Source of the DNA: Trichomonas gallinae
Taxonomy: Eukaryota
Assembly: GCA_008369845.1 (NCBI GenBank)
Contig: MRSU01003427.1
Span: 1-41,194 of the forward strand
Direction of reading: 5' to 3'
DNA: 41,194 bases
Numbering within the stretch: the first letter of the stretch is position 1; each line of letters starts with the position of its first letter. This document shows positions 1 to 11,900 of the stretch, one piece after another. Below the pieces are notes generated by a model that did not search any database, had not been told where the DNA came from, and saw only the letters and a program-made list of their open reading frames with translations. The position numbers and the translations under genes are program-made.

Positions 1-1353
1 TGCACACATACAACTCCTAAAAATCCACAATATAGATAGCGTTTGTTTTCAAAAACAGGCAATATCTTCACAGTACGTTCGAAAAATAATATTTGAATGT
101 AAACAATGACATTATATTTTGTGATGCAATATTCTTCATATATATATCGGCAATTAAGTTTATAAACTATATCCATAAATATAAATATTGTTATCTATTG
201 ATATGTTCCTAATTTTTAAAAAAATCTCTTATTGATTTAGGAATTATAGCATGAAAGATAGAATGAAAGATCATCATATGCCAAACATCATTTTGAGCGA
301 TTGTGCATTTTTTGTAAATTTTTTCAAGAATTGCCCATCTATAGCCCAGGATAAATTAAAAATTATAACATCGAGGAAAACAACATATGACATTGTTTTA
401 CATGTAAGTTGTGCTATAAATGTAATTCATAGTTCAATAATTGTTACAAATTCCATTTGCTATTGAAGATTTTGTTATACTTAGACCTGACATGTAAAAT
501 ATAATATTGACATGTAAAATTAAAAGCAAAAAGAATCCTGAAATATTTTGGTTTTGATTAATTATTATTATAATTATAATGAAGAAATGGCAAAAGATTT
601 TTTTTAATTGCAGACTTTAATACATTGTTTTTTTTTTTTTTTGTTTTTGTTGAGATAAATATCGCGTGCTTCTGAATTAAAATTATTAATATAAACAATT
701 ATCATATCAAAATAATGCAATTGCACACGATTTTTATAGACTTTTTCTCTTTCTCAACATGGGATTCGTCGATGTGTCATTCCTTTTATGAAATATATGC
801 TCTATATCCATAGTATACATAGATTAAATTTTTAAAATCATCAAAATCCAAATTTTTATGATCTCCAAATTCAAATTTTTCATAACTTGCTAATTTTTTT
901 GTGAATTTATATTTAAAATATAATTTTGGTCATAATTACTCGGGAGGATTATATGTTCACAAAATTTTCTATGATAGCTCAGAAAACTAATTTTGGGAGG
1001 ACTATAGTCAGTTCTAGAATAGACAATTTCATGATGAACTTTTTTTGAAGCAATCATTAAAGCAATGCTATTTAATGTTGACATCAATTCCAGGAATAAC
1101 TTCATGATGATCAGATTGGGATTTCTTTTTTCCATCATTTTAACTATTATACATATAACGAGAGATTATCAAAATAAACGTCTACCTACTAGAAAGAAGT
1201 ACCTATTCCTCAACTTCCTAGCAATCCTCAAAATTGAAAAAAAAAAAAAACAGCTGTTATATATAAATTGGCTGTTGAATAATTTGAGGTTGGCTGAAAT
1301 AATAACTATTTATTTAACAAACAAGAAAGTTGATTTAAATAATAAATATTTAT

Positions 1354-4300
1354 TTAACAAACAATAGAATTCATTTTCAAGACTTTCTTCGCTGCGTTTT
1401 CCTGCGCCATCAAAGACTCCAAATCTCTTTTCGCCTGAGAAATCACGTCACGCAAACAGTCGTCATCCAGCTCTCTCTGTGCATCGAAGTACTGCCTGAA
1501 CTGCTGCACAACGTAGCCAATGAGATTGCGCTTCTCTGTGAAGAAAGATGACCTTTGTTCTTCGAGCATTGTCTCGAATTTCATTTCTGTCGCCAAAATG
1601 TTTGACCTTTCTTTCATCTCCATGACTCTCTTGATTCTCTCTATCTCCTCTGCATACGACTCGTTCTTCTGCATCAAATTATCGCATTGTTTAGATGTTT
1701 CAGCGAGTTTTGCGTTGATTTGCAATAATTTATTTTCTGATTCTTGCAAATTAACGACAACTTCGCTGTGAGACTTAGCGAGCTCATTGTTTTTCTCCTT
1801 TATCTCGTTAATATACTTGTCATACTGGTTCTTAATCATGTCTTTTTCTCTTTCGCATTGCAATTTTATTTCTTTCACGTTATTATCGCATTGTTCGATG
1901 ATAAAATGTTGTTGCTTGTCATGCTCTGTTCTTGCATCACGCATCATTTGAACTGTGCGACGTAATTCTAAGCATTCTTTCTCCAAATTTCTGATTTTAG
2001 ATTTCATTTCGTTCATTGCGTTTTCTTTGGCGTCAAGTTTGAGCTGTACCTGTTTTGTGACATTTTCTACTTGAGAGTCGTATTTAATCTTCATGCTGCC
2101 TTTGATTTTTTCGAAATCCAATTTTAATTTCTCTGAATTTTCTTTAGTTTGGTTATTTTCTTCTTTCAACTGATTTATTTCGTTGTTATACTTTCTTATA
2201 TCAGTCTGTTGCCTTGAAATGTCTTCCTTTAAAGATAATATTTCGCGATCTCTGTCAGCGAGGTTTTTTCTCAGTGAAGATGCAATAGAATTCGACTCCG
2301 TGTTGACCTGTTTAAATATCTTCTTGAAATCTTTGAGTTTGTTTCTCTCATTATTTAATTCGCTTTTCAAGTCGTTGATTTTAGCGAACAAGTCATTGAT
2401 CATCTTCTCTCCATCGGTCGTGTTGTTGACTTCCAGTTTAGTCAGCATCGCAAGCAAATCCTCTTCTATTCGCGTTTTTGCGTTCGAAATATCAATGTGG
2501 TCAACAAACAACTTGTTTGCCTTGTTTGTGACTTCGTAGGCAGAGACTGGGTCATTAATAATAGTCTCGCATGATAAAAACGAGGCCTCGAATAGAGAAC
2601 CGATCTGAGAAAGGAATTTGTCTAAAGTAATTTCGCGTTTTTCTTGAGATTCGTTCAAAAACTTGATTTCGTTAGATTTTTCTTGTATTGTGTCGTTGTA
2701 GTACTTGGAAATAAGCGAAATTGCGCTTTTAATCTTCGAAGATGCTGGTATTTTTATGTTAGTTGCAAATTCAGCAATTTTTGTACATAAACCACGCGGA
2801 AAATCATCTGTATAGAATACACTTGGCTGAATGTCAACTGAATCTTGTGATTTTTCTTGTTCTTGCGCTAATCTTTTTTCTGTATTTTTAATTTGTTTCT
2901 TAAATGCTTTGTTTTGGGCTGTTAATTGTGTTATACTAGTTTCTAATGACTTCAACATATCTCCTGAATGTTTCAAAATAGAAATTAAACGATCTCTATT
3001 AGAAATCATTTGTTTCAGCTCATTCTGTTGTGATTGAGTTTGATTCTGTAGCGCATCTATAGTAGAAAGTAGTTTCTGTTGTTTATTATTGTTTTCATCC
3101 AATATTGACTGCAATTTTTGGTTTTGCAAATCGGAATTTTTCAATTTAATTAAATTAGCTTTCAAACTTTCTTCTGCTGAACTTTTCTCCAGTAATAATG
3201 CCGAATTTTCTACTTTTAACTTGTCTAAATCCTTCGTTTTTTCCTGTAAATCGTTCATTAACATTTGATGCTTCTTTTTAAGGCTGTCATAGCTTATTTC
3301 GAGTGATTTAAGCTGTGATGTTAATGACAAAGCTTGTTTTTGGATGTTTGACGAAGTTCCTTCGTGTTCTGAAATATCATTCATCAAAGCATCGATTTTC
3401 GCCTGAAGTTCTTCGTTTTCCTGCTTAAGTTTGCATAAATTATACGAATTCTCATTATTTGTTCGATTTTCTGCTTCTGTTGGAATTTGTGATTTTATTG
3501 AATCAATTTTATCCTTAAGAAGCTGAATTTCATCATCCTTCATCTTGAGCTTGTGCTCGTTTTCTGACTTAATTTGTTGGGTTTCCTTTACATTATCTAA
3601 AACTTCAATTTCTAATTTTGCGATTTTTTGTTCTAGAGCTTGTTTGTCATCATTATATTGGGCTTTGAGGTCAGAATATTTCGCCTCTAAAGCCTTTCTT
3701 ATAGATCTCTCTTCTTTCAGTCTTTCTTGTTTTTTAAGTAATTCTTGTTTGAATGTGTTGATAATTTCTGTCGTATCATTTTCCATTTGCGAGATTTGAG
3801 TTGTTGTTGCACTGCTTTGCTGTAAAAGAAAGTCAGAAAGCTCATCTACATTTTCAAATGTTCTTTGGAAAGCTTGGCCGGCTGCAGAAATGACGAAATT
3901 GATACTGTTTCTGAGAGTTTCTATATCATTATTAGATTTTTTAAGTAAATCTTCGTTTGTTTCCAATTGTTTATTTAATTTTTGAATTTGATCAGCGAAA
4001 TTTAATTTCATTTTATTCATTTCTGTCGTTTCCTTTTGGTTTTCTTCCTTTACTTTCTGCTGTTTCATGTTTTCGAGCAGATTTTGCAGTTCTTCATTTG
4101 TTTTCATCGTGATTTCGAGTCTTTTCTGCATATCATCAGCCGAAGCTTCTGTACTACGAAGTTTTGCCGTTAGTTCTGTATTTTGTTTTATTAATATTTC
4201 ATTTTGTTGAGCAAATTCGAAAGATTCGTTAAGTTGGTTTCTAAGAGTTTCGATCTGTTGGCTTAATTGATCGTTTTTGAGCTTCAATTGTTCGATAGTT

Positions 4301-4362
4301 GAGCCCGTAGAAGCAACATCTCCGGAGCCAGGAATCTCCAGATTTTCGTCGCTTTTCTTCAT
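1354..4362 (-). CDS. Long coiled-coil protein (1002 aa), probably cytoskeletal/structural
   Basis: Uninterrupted 3-kb ORF; K/E/Q/N/L-rich heptad pattern over most of its length; no catalytic motif seen; stop codon lies within TAAA. Confidence 0.85.
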   Translation of the reverse strand: MKKSDENLEIPGSGDVASTGSTIEQLKLKNDQLSQQIETLRNQLNESFEFAQQNEILIKQNTELTAKLRSTEASADDMQKRLEITMKTNEELQNLLENMKQQKVKEENQKETTEMNKMKLNFADQIQKLNKQLETNEDLLKKSNNDIETLRNSINFVISAAGQAFQRTFENVDELSDFLLQQSSATTTQISQMENDTTEIINTFKQELLKKQERLKEERSIRKALEAKYSDLKAQYNDDKQALEQKIAKLEIEVLDNVKETQQIKSENEHKLKMKDDEIQLLKDKIDSIKSQIPTEAENRTNNENSYNLCKLKQENEELQAKIDALMNDISEHEGTSSNIQKQALSLTSQLKSLEISYDSLKKKHQMLMNDLQEKTKDLDKLKVENSALLLEKSSAEESLKANLIKLKNSDLQNQKLQSILDENNNKQQKLLSTIDALQNQTQSQQNELKQMISNRDRLISILKHSGDMLKSLETSITQLTAQNKAFKKQIKNTEKRLAQEQEKSQDSVDIQPSVFYTDDFPRGLCTKIAEFATNIKIPASSKIKSAISLISKYYNDTIQEKSNEIKFLNESQEKREITLDKFLSQIGSLFEASFLSCETIINDPVSAYEVTNKANKLFVDHIDISNAKTRIEEDLLAMLTKLEVNNTTDGEKMINDLFAKINDLKSELNNERNKLKDFKKIFKQVNTESNSIASSLRKNLADRDREILSLKEDISRQQTDIRKYNNEINQLKEENNQTKENSEKLKLDFEKIKGSMKIKYDSQVENVTKQVQLKLDAKENAMNEMKSKIRNLEKECLELRRTVQMMRDARTEHDKQQHFIIEQCDNNVKEIKLQCEREKDMIKNQYDKYINEIKEKNNELAKSHSEVVVNLQESENKLLQINAKLAETSKQCDNLMQKNESYAEEIERIKRVMEMKERSNILATEMKFETMLEEQRSSFFTEKRNLIGYVVQQFRQYFDAQRELDDDCLRDVISQAKRDLESLMAQENAAKKVLKMNSIVC

Positions 4363-5018
4363 ATTAAAAAATAAAACGGAAAGTAGATTTATAGCCTTTA
4401 GAACATCTATAATATAATGCCAAAATATATGAATAGATTTGACATATATTACATGTCAAAAATTTATTAATTATGACACGTAAAATTGTTTTACAAAACA
4501 AAATGACAAATATGGGGAAATCTTTTAGAAATTCACCAGGTTAATAAATTTAGTCTACTACATTAGGTGATTAGAACTGAACTAACCTAGTAGGGAGATA
4601 TGATAGAATACTATTCACCCTAATTGCATGAAAGAAATTAAATCTCACGTAGAATGTATAAACTATAATATTCACATTATAAATATGAATATGCTTATTA
4701 AGGGCGTAGTGTCACTATTGCATGTTGTAACAAGTTCATCATTCCAATAAAAAATACGATTTTTTCAAAACATAATTTAGCATATTATTTAGGATCTATA
4801 TTACAAACTCTTTTATTTCTAAAGCAACTTTCTGTCCTAATAAATAATATAATACTACTATATATGGACCGTAATGCAAAATTAAATTTTAATTCAATAA
4901 CTATTGAGAATTAAGCAATAATTATATTGCAAAAAGTGATTGTTTTCTTATAAACATTATAACAACATAAAAATCGAAATAAATTTTAAAAACACGTTAT
5001 TTTTCTATTTTTTGCAGA

Positions 5019-7181
5019 ATGAAGCGTTTTCTCAACGATTCATTCCGTAAAGAATCGGATGCAAAGATTCTCAATGCCATAACATGTCGAAGGAAGCCAA
5101 GTTCGGCCGTCGCAGTTCTTCCTCCTCTAAAAGAATCAAAATCAAAACCAGCAAGCAATGGAATTACAGAGCAAGATGCACTCAATGTTTACCTAGAAAA
5201 GTGTAATGAACTCGATATTGATACCCATCCTATTGCGCAGAAAAGATTTATCGAACAATTTATGGGAGCAGTCGGAAATAAGTGTTTAAATTTCTCGGCA
5301 CTAGGCATAGGTGAAAATTCTGTTGTTCCAATTATCAGATTGATACTTCAAAATCAAAATTATTCGGTTTTAGACTTATCACAAAATAGAATTGGAGAAA
5401 AAGGTGCTCAATCTATTGCACAATTACTAACAAACGACACACAGTTGATCAGTATCGATTTGAGGTCAAATAACTTATCACCGATCGCGTTATCGCATAT
5501 TTTTCGTGGAATGAAAAGAAATACACATATAGTGTCATTAGATGTTAGCTCAGTCGATAGTGTTAGCAGAAATCGCATTGGCACAGAAACAATTAAAGAA
5601 TTAGCAAAAATGCTTGCATTTAATACTACGCTTTCTTCTCTTAACATATCTACATGTGGAGTATCAGGTGAAGCGTTTAAGATAATCGGTGAAGCCCTTA
5701 CTTACAACAAATCACTCGATTATTTGAATATGTCTGAAAACCGATTGAAATTTAACGGAGTGACGTCATTGTTTGCTCGCGATAACTCAATGGCATACAT
5801 ATCGAAACTAGTTTTAGCATCTGCATCCATTCCGGACTCAGCATCTTCAATTTTATGCGAAAGAATCACAAAATCTCCTTATTTGCAAACACTAGATTTG
5901 TCTAATAATACATTAGGCAAAAAATTTATATCAGAACTTTACAAAGCTCTGCAAAATGGAGCAAAACTCAAAAAATTAATTATAAGTAACAATAGAATCG
6001 ACGCTTCATGTTCATCAAATCTTTATTTGATACTAAGAAATACAAATACAATAACATCTCTGAATTTAAGCGGAAATCCACTTGGTGATGAATCAATTAA
6101 AATGCTAGGACCGGCAATTTCAGACAGCACATGCATCAAAAGCCTTAATCTCACTAATGTAATGTGTGGTGATAACGGAGCAATTGCTTTAGGCGAAGCT
6201 TTATTGAAAGATAAAACTTTGATAAGATTAAATCTTTCTGACAATAAAATTGGCGATGATGGTGGTGTGGCAATTGCAAAAGGTCTGATGAAGAATACAG
6301 TTTTGACGTCAATAAGCCTAAGATCAAACAGAATGAAAGATTTAGCAATTGCGCATTTCGTAGAATTGCTTAATACCAACAAAATACTGCAGGATGTGGA
6401 CCTAAACATGAATGATTTCTCATACAAAGCACAAAGAGCGCTAAAGGAAACGCAACAAAAGAGAAACGGAGAAATGAACACAAGTGCAGTTGAAATCGCC
6501 GACCAAGAGCTTAAAAGGCTCACAAACAGGAAGAGCGACTACTACGAGCTCTGCAAGCGCGTGAAGGAAGAAAGTGTGCAAGTACAAGAAAGCAGGGAAA
6601 TATTAGAAAAGAGGAAGAAAGAATTAGAAGAAGTCAGAATAAGAGCAAAAGAAACTAAGAAAGATTCGGATGAGAAATACATAGAACTTAAAGTTGAGCA
6701 TGAAAAGGTTGCCAATGAAAGAAGAGATATAATGCAGAAGATGGCGGAAATGAAGAGCGTAATAGAAAAAGAACACGCGGAGATGCAGAAACAAATCAAT
6801 GAGTTAGAAGTCAAAAATTCATTCCAAGAGAAACACGTGCAAAGGAATGAGTCAATCATGAATGAAGTCAAGTTCCAAGTAGGATCAGCTGTTGGTGACT
6901 TAAAGGATCAGTTCGAGAACCTTAGGGACCAGTTTGACCAACTGATACAAGAAGCAACATTGATCAAAAAGCGACTGAAGAAGAAACAAGAAGAAGCTGC
7001 TGCAGCAGAACAAAGGAGAATTGAAGAAGAGGAAGAAAAGAAGAGAGAACAAGAGAGACTAGAAAAAGAAGCAAAGAAGAAAGAAAAAGAGGAAGAAGAG
7101 AGCTCCAGGATGCTTACAATCGATGAGCTAAGAAAACTTGCTAAACAAAAACAAAATCAAAAGAAGAAAGGAAAGAAATAG
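5019..7181 (+). CDS. Leucine-rich repeat protein (RNI-like ~28-aa LRRs) with C-terminal coiled coil and basic tail
   Basis: Repeated LxxLxLxxNxIGxxG units (LDLSQNRIGEKGA, LNLSGNPLGDES, LNLSDNKIGDDGG, ISLRSNRMKD), then an E/K-rich coiled coil ending KKKGKK. Confidence 0.92.
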   Translation: MKRFLNDSFRKESDAKILNAITCRRKPSSAVAVLPPLKESKSKPASNGITEQDALNVYLEKCNELDIDTHPIAQKRFIEQFMGAVGNKCLNFSALGIGENSVVPIIRLILQNQNYSVLDLSQNRIGEKGAQSIAQLLTNDTQLISIDLRSNNLSPIALSHIFRGMKRNTHIVSLDVSSVDSVSRNRIGTETIKELAKMLAFNTTLSSLNISTCGVSGEAFKIIGEALTYNKSLDYLNMSENRLKFNGVTSLFARDNSMAYISKLVLASASIPDSASSILCERITKSPYLQTLDLSNNTLGKKFISELYKALQNGAKLKKLIISNNRIDASCSSNLYLILRNTNTITSLNLSGNPLGDESIKMLGPAISDSTCIKSLNLTNVMCGDNGAIALGEALLKDKTLIRLNLSDNKIGDDGGVAIAKGLMKNTVLTSISLRSNRMKDLAIAHFVELLNTNKILQDVDLNMNDFSYKAQRALKETQQKRNGEMNTSAVEIADQELKRLTNRKSDYYELCKRVKEESVQVQESREILEKRKKELEEVRIRAKETKKDSDEKYIELKVEHEKVANERRDIMQKMAEMKSVIEKEHAEMQKQINELEVKNSFQEKHVQRNESIMNEVKFQVGSAVGDLKDQFENLRDQFDQLIQEATLIKKRLKKKQEEAAAAEQRRIEEEEEKKREQERLEKEAKKKEKEEEESSRMLTIDELRKLAKQKQNQKKKGKK

Positions 7182-7211
7182 ATCTAAATTATCATGTATT
7201 TGTTTGTATAT

Positions 7212-8100
7212 TTAATTAATTGCCATGTATAAAGCTTTAACGTCGTGAAAACGTTCTTGCTTTTCGAATAAATGTTCAAAACTATTAGTCAAAAGTCGAG
7301 CCTGACTATTTTTCATTAATTTGACTCGTACCAAAAACTAATAATTTATAAATGGCCTATCTTCATCTGGATAAATATTCTGAATCATGTAGGATATAAT
7401 TATTTAAATAATACTATATATCTCCTGGAAAGCGGCTTCCCTTTCTTCATCTGGATATTCTTTTAAATTACGAAACAATTCAATTGTCTCTCCAGAGTCT
7501 AGACCTGAACATCTATCTATTTGGGAGCACATATCTTCAAAGGCTGCGTTTGCATCGATTTCGATTTCACTTATTAAAATCTTTCTTAGTTGACCAGTGA
7601 TTTTCATTTCATCAAGGATATCGATAAAACTCTGCTTTAATGTTTTGCTATTGCAAGTTTTTTCTAATGATGAACTATTGATTAATCTTTTAGCAATCTT
7701 TTTATAGGAATAATAGGAATTTTTGTATACCGAATTAGATCATAAAAAGGAAGTATTTGGTAAATAAGTGCAAGCGTTTGATAAGGCACAGTTTCATATT
7801 TTTTCTCTTGTTCAAATCCATAAAAGTTGCGCAGGTAGTTGAAAGTATTGTGTACAAAGGGTTTATGTTATTGTAGTTGTTCATAAATTATTCTACTTTA
7901 GTTTTATTATAAAAACCTATCCCTTTTCGAAAAGGCTAAAAAGGCTTATACATGTGAAAAGTATATCATTTTAGCATGCTGAAGGATCTCATCATATTTT
8001 TCGAATGCTTCTTCGTCCGAAAGTCTGATTTAAGTAACCAATAGAATCGATTGCATCCTTCATTCTTCAAGAATTCTTCATACTGTAATTGTAATACATA
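7212..8100 (-). pseudogene. Decayed protein-coding sequence of unknown family
   Basis: Manual minus-strand translation gives protein-like blocks broken by TAA stops and frameshifts: RLSDEEAFEKYDEILQHAKMIYFSHV*AF...RIIYEQLQ*HKPFVHNTFNYLRNFYGFEQEKKYETVPYQTLALIYQILPFYDLIRYTKIPII, then the frame containing ORF 7404-7607, then VRVKLMKNSQARLLTNSFEHLFEKQERFHDVKALYMAIN* (stop 7212-7214). 5' boundary uncertain. Confidence 0.6.
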
Positions 8101-8947
8101 ACAGGAGTAGAATATCTTGTGTATTATGTTTTTTTCGAATTTGATCCCATTGTTGAACAGTACTGTTAGATTTCGAGATATATTAAAGAAAACCTGGTAG
8201 ACTTTTGGATGATTGAAAAAATTCGAGAGAGATTCTTTAATTTAATTATCTGGTTCGATTACAATAAACCAGTTTCTTATGTTTGCGTGATATGAATTTT
8301 TCAGATTGGATGTTTACATGTCAAAATTTTGTTTGTCACTTTTCTCTTCATCAAAAAACATAAGAAGGTAAATAATCCACGCTTATTGAGCATAGTCGAT
8401 CTTATCCTAGAATCATAAATTAATATAGATATGAGTCCTATAATATACTCTAGATTTTTGTGTCCAGATATAGAAAAGATGTAATGTGGCACTCCAGAAT
8501 TGAATTTTGATTAAAACTTTTTTGACAACCTGGAAAGTGTCACTTTTCATTGCAACGCTTTACAGGATTATTAGGAGGAGGAAATATAATAAAAGTTCGA
8601 AACAGCCGTGTGATTTGGCTCAAAATATGTCATTTTTGAGTTCGTTTTGATGCTGAGTTGATGCAACAGTCGATACTGTCAAAATCAAAAAACTTTGTAT
8701 TTTTTTGTATTCATTGGATACAATTGTGAATCATAGAACACTGTTCTAATCGTTTGACTAGTCAACAATAGAAATTAATTGTGATTATAGAGATTATTAG
8801 ATTTTTCTATGTAAACATAAAAATTTCTTTGAAAATATTAATTTGTATAGTAAGAGTATATCATTTTACTTGTTTAAATTGAGAAAAATTTTGAATGGCA
8901 AAAAAATTGTTTACGTGTCAAAAATATTTTCCAATAAGCTTTTTGCA

Positions 8948-11900
8948 ATGGGGCAGGATTTATCTCAAGAGAGTTTATCACTGCCACAGACAGCAGATGC
9001 TTATGGTGGAGAAGGACAGAATGTTATTGAAGTCGGATTTGATGAACTTCCGCTCAAAACTTCTTTTCAATCAGATTTATTTGGGAAAACTAACGAAGAA
9101 GTTCAAAAAGATCTGAATCTTCCTCCCACCGAAATGGTATATGATATATTAACAGATTATCTCACATATTCGTCAACTTCAAGTTTATACGAAGCTTTTT
9201 CTAAGGTTTTAATTCCTTTATTCTGCGCTAAAGTCGAATCAAAGCCGAAACAAATACAGATATTATGGAATTTATTCCGATTTTTGCGAGATCGCGCGTA
9301 TCCATATTTTATGAACGAATACAGAAGACTTGTCGCAATAAATGAACAAATAAACGGTATACAAAACGATATAGTTAACACTCATCGAAGAATACCAGAA
9401 GAAACAATAACAGTTACAAAATATATTCAAAATGAAGAAGCATTTCAAAATTTTCTAACTAATTTCAAGGAAATCGTTAAATTTGGAGAAATAGAGCCTA
9501 GCCCATCCTACTTTTTGATGACAACAAAGCTTATTGAAAATTTAAATGATGAAAATTCCATTTATCGACTTCTTTCATGGGGATTTGGTGCTGGAGAGAT
9601 TAGTGCTATTATAAGCTCGTTGCAATCACTTACAAATTTAGCTCTTGGGAAAGAATTAGAAAAAACAAATGATTTTTCGTTCGACCAATTAAAGACAACA
9701 ATCAATTCAATATCTCTTGCAAACACATGCTTTGCGCCACCAACGAATCAAATCATTTCTTCTACAGTTTTAGCGAATTTCAGTTCAATTGGAACAAAAC
9801 AATCGTCATACATTGCATCTGACGGCACGCATTTATATATTATCGGCAAAAGATTAAAACTTACGATCATTGATTTATCTAAAAACATCACTCGCCATGA
9901 AAATAGATTCCAACAATATACACTCGACGATTTAAACGAATCACCAAACGACGACATGACAATTACATACTCCAACGGCTATTTATTAGTTTATTCGCAA
10001 AAAATACCAATGTATTCGATTTATCAAGCAAAACCATTCAAAAAACTCGCGTCAAACATAAAATTCTCAATTCATGGTGAATTCGACTTCATCCCTCAAT
10101 GCTACCCACCTTTCGCTACAGACAGCAAGTATTTCTACGCTCTAAACCCTCCATGCGGATTAAGTGTTTTCTCAATCAAGCCGCCTTACCTTGTTTCTCA
10201 CAGATTCATCAATTTCCAGAGGTCAGAAGCACCACTGTTGCAACCATTTAACGAAGAATTGTTCCCACCAAGATTTTTGAATAATTTAATCGCAGCGACA
10301 AACGGAATCACGATATCTTTCTTCAGTTTGATATCACAGGAGGAAGGATCTAACAATTATTTCGCACGACATTTCTCTTTAGTTGATGGAAAACATATTT
10401 GCGATTCACATTTTGTTTTAGAGCACCAGATTTCAACTCTTACATATGATCCATGGAACAGATGCTACTGGGGATGCAATAGCAACAGAATTATTCATAT
10501 TCCCTCATTTAATTCTCAGCCGCCATGGTTAACAGGCTCTGATATAATGAATGTTGCTGAATTTAACTCATCAGCTCCATCTTCGACACATTCAGAGGTT
10601 CTCCATTCTCTTTGCAATTTTTTAGAATTTTATACAGTTCATTTCTCTGGTTTGTCTTTCCATGCAGCACAGTCGAATCAGGACTACTCGCCAACAACTG
10701 CAAGGTTCTTTGCACCATGTACAAACGATGCTGTTCATTCGATTAATAATTCAATATTATTTTATTCAAATCTTTATAAAGAAAAGAAAGAATCAGATAG
10801 ATTTACACTAGAAGACTGCAAGCACATACTTCTTTCTTTGATTCGTCTTCTTGATTATAATTTATCAAATATGGATCCGCAAATCTCAGTTGTTGGCGAT
10901 CAGCCACCTCAGAAATTCATTTACTGTGACGAATCAATCCATATTTTGCTTGGAATTCTCAATGACGAAGAATTCGCATTTTCTCATGATTTAGTTATCT
11001 TTGCCATTGTAAATTCAATGTCATTGCTATTCACTGACAACAAAGAGAGTCTGCCAGCAGTTTTTACAAAGATTCTCAAAAAGATGTCAACAGAATTTAT
11101 TTTATACACTTTACAGAAGATCCACAACATGTCTATATATCCTTACTGCTTTGATGGAAACACAATTAAGGCAACATTCTGTGATTTGATCCGTGATTAT
11201 CCAAATTTGAAAACAACAGACTCAGAACTCGTCGAAACATACATGAGAAGCTTATTCATGGCCGTCAGAGAAATGATGATCAGCCAGAACCAGCATCATC
11301 ACCAGCACGACCAGAAAATTCTCATGGACAATTTCATTACTTTCTCGACAATGATTTTCCATCAATTCATGACTTTGCTGGACAAAATACCAAACGTTTA
11401 CAACGAAGAAACACGCGCGCAAATTCCAAGCGTCAATATTTTCGAAAAATTCATTATGTTGCTTCATCATTTCCAGCAGTTCCCGCAAATCGTTGATTTC
11501 GCGACAACAAGGATCCACGAAATTTTCATCAAACTGTCAAAACAAATACAATCGATGAAATTCGAGACAGCAGTTCAACCACAGCACAATTTATTGTTCT
11601 ATTCCGTCTATGCTTGCTATATAGACTACATAGACAGTCTCATGAAGAACGCTGCATTGATGAAGTCGTCGACGACTTTTTCATGGCTCTATCAGCCGAC
11701 GAAGGAATCCAAACTCACACCAGCTGACGTCAATGACATATTAAGGAGCACAGCTAAGAAGACATCAAACAGGCAGCTCCTCCGCAAAGGCCTTTCATTC
11801 AACTTCCATTCAACATCATTTTCAAACAATGCTGAACTACAGGAAGACTTTTTGACATCATTAGTTGCAAAAGAAGAAACTATACCTATCAAGAACATGA

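Noticed and set aside
251..1367. Short ORFs 251-466, 890-1138 and 1065-1367; DYSPPKISF in 890-1138 faintly recalls a ubiquitin-conjugating enzyme motif
   Set aside because: Very AT-rich, low-complexity translations; no HPN motif or catalytic Cys; a homopolymer run sits inside 1065-1367.
5426..5443. ACTAACAAACGACACACAG resembles the trichomonad intron branch/3' motif ACTAACACACAG
   Set aside because: Spacing is wrong, no matching 5' splice site was seen, and the LRR frame is continuous through it.
7860..7960. Several in-frame TAA codons in one frame could suggest UAA recoding to Gln
   Set aside because: Intact genes in the window end in TAA and the region also has frameshifts, so pseudogene decay explains it.
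8843..8947. N-terminal extensions in the ORF track (HECT from 8843; likewise 19666 for PX and 34520 for QTRT2)
   Set aside because: Non-ATG or AT-rich upstream sequence that contains promoter motifs; downstream ATGs fit better.
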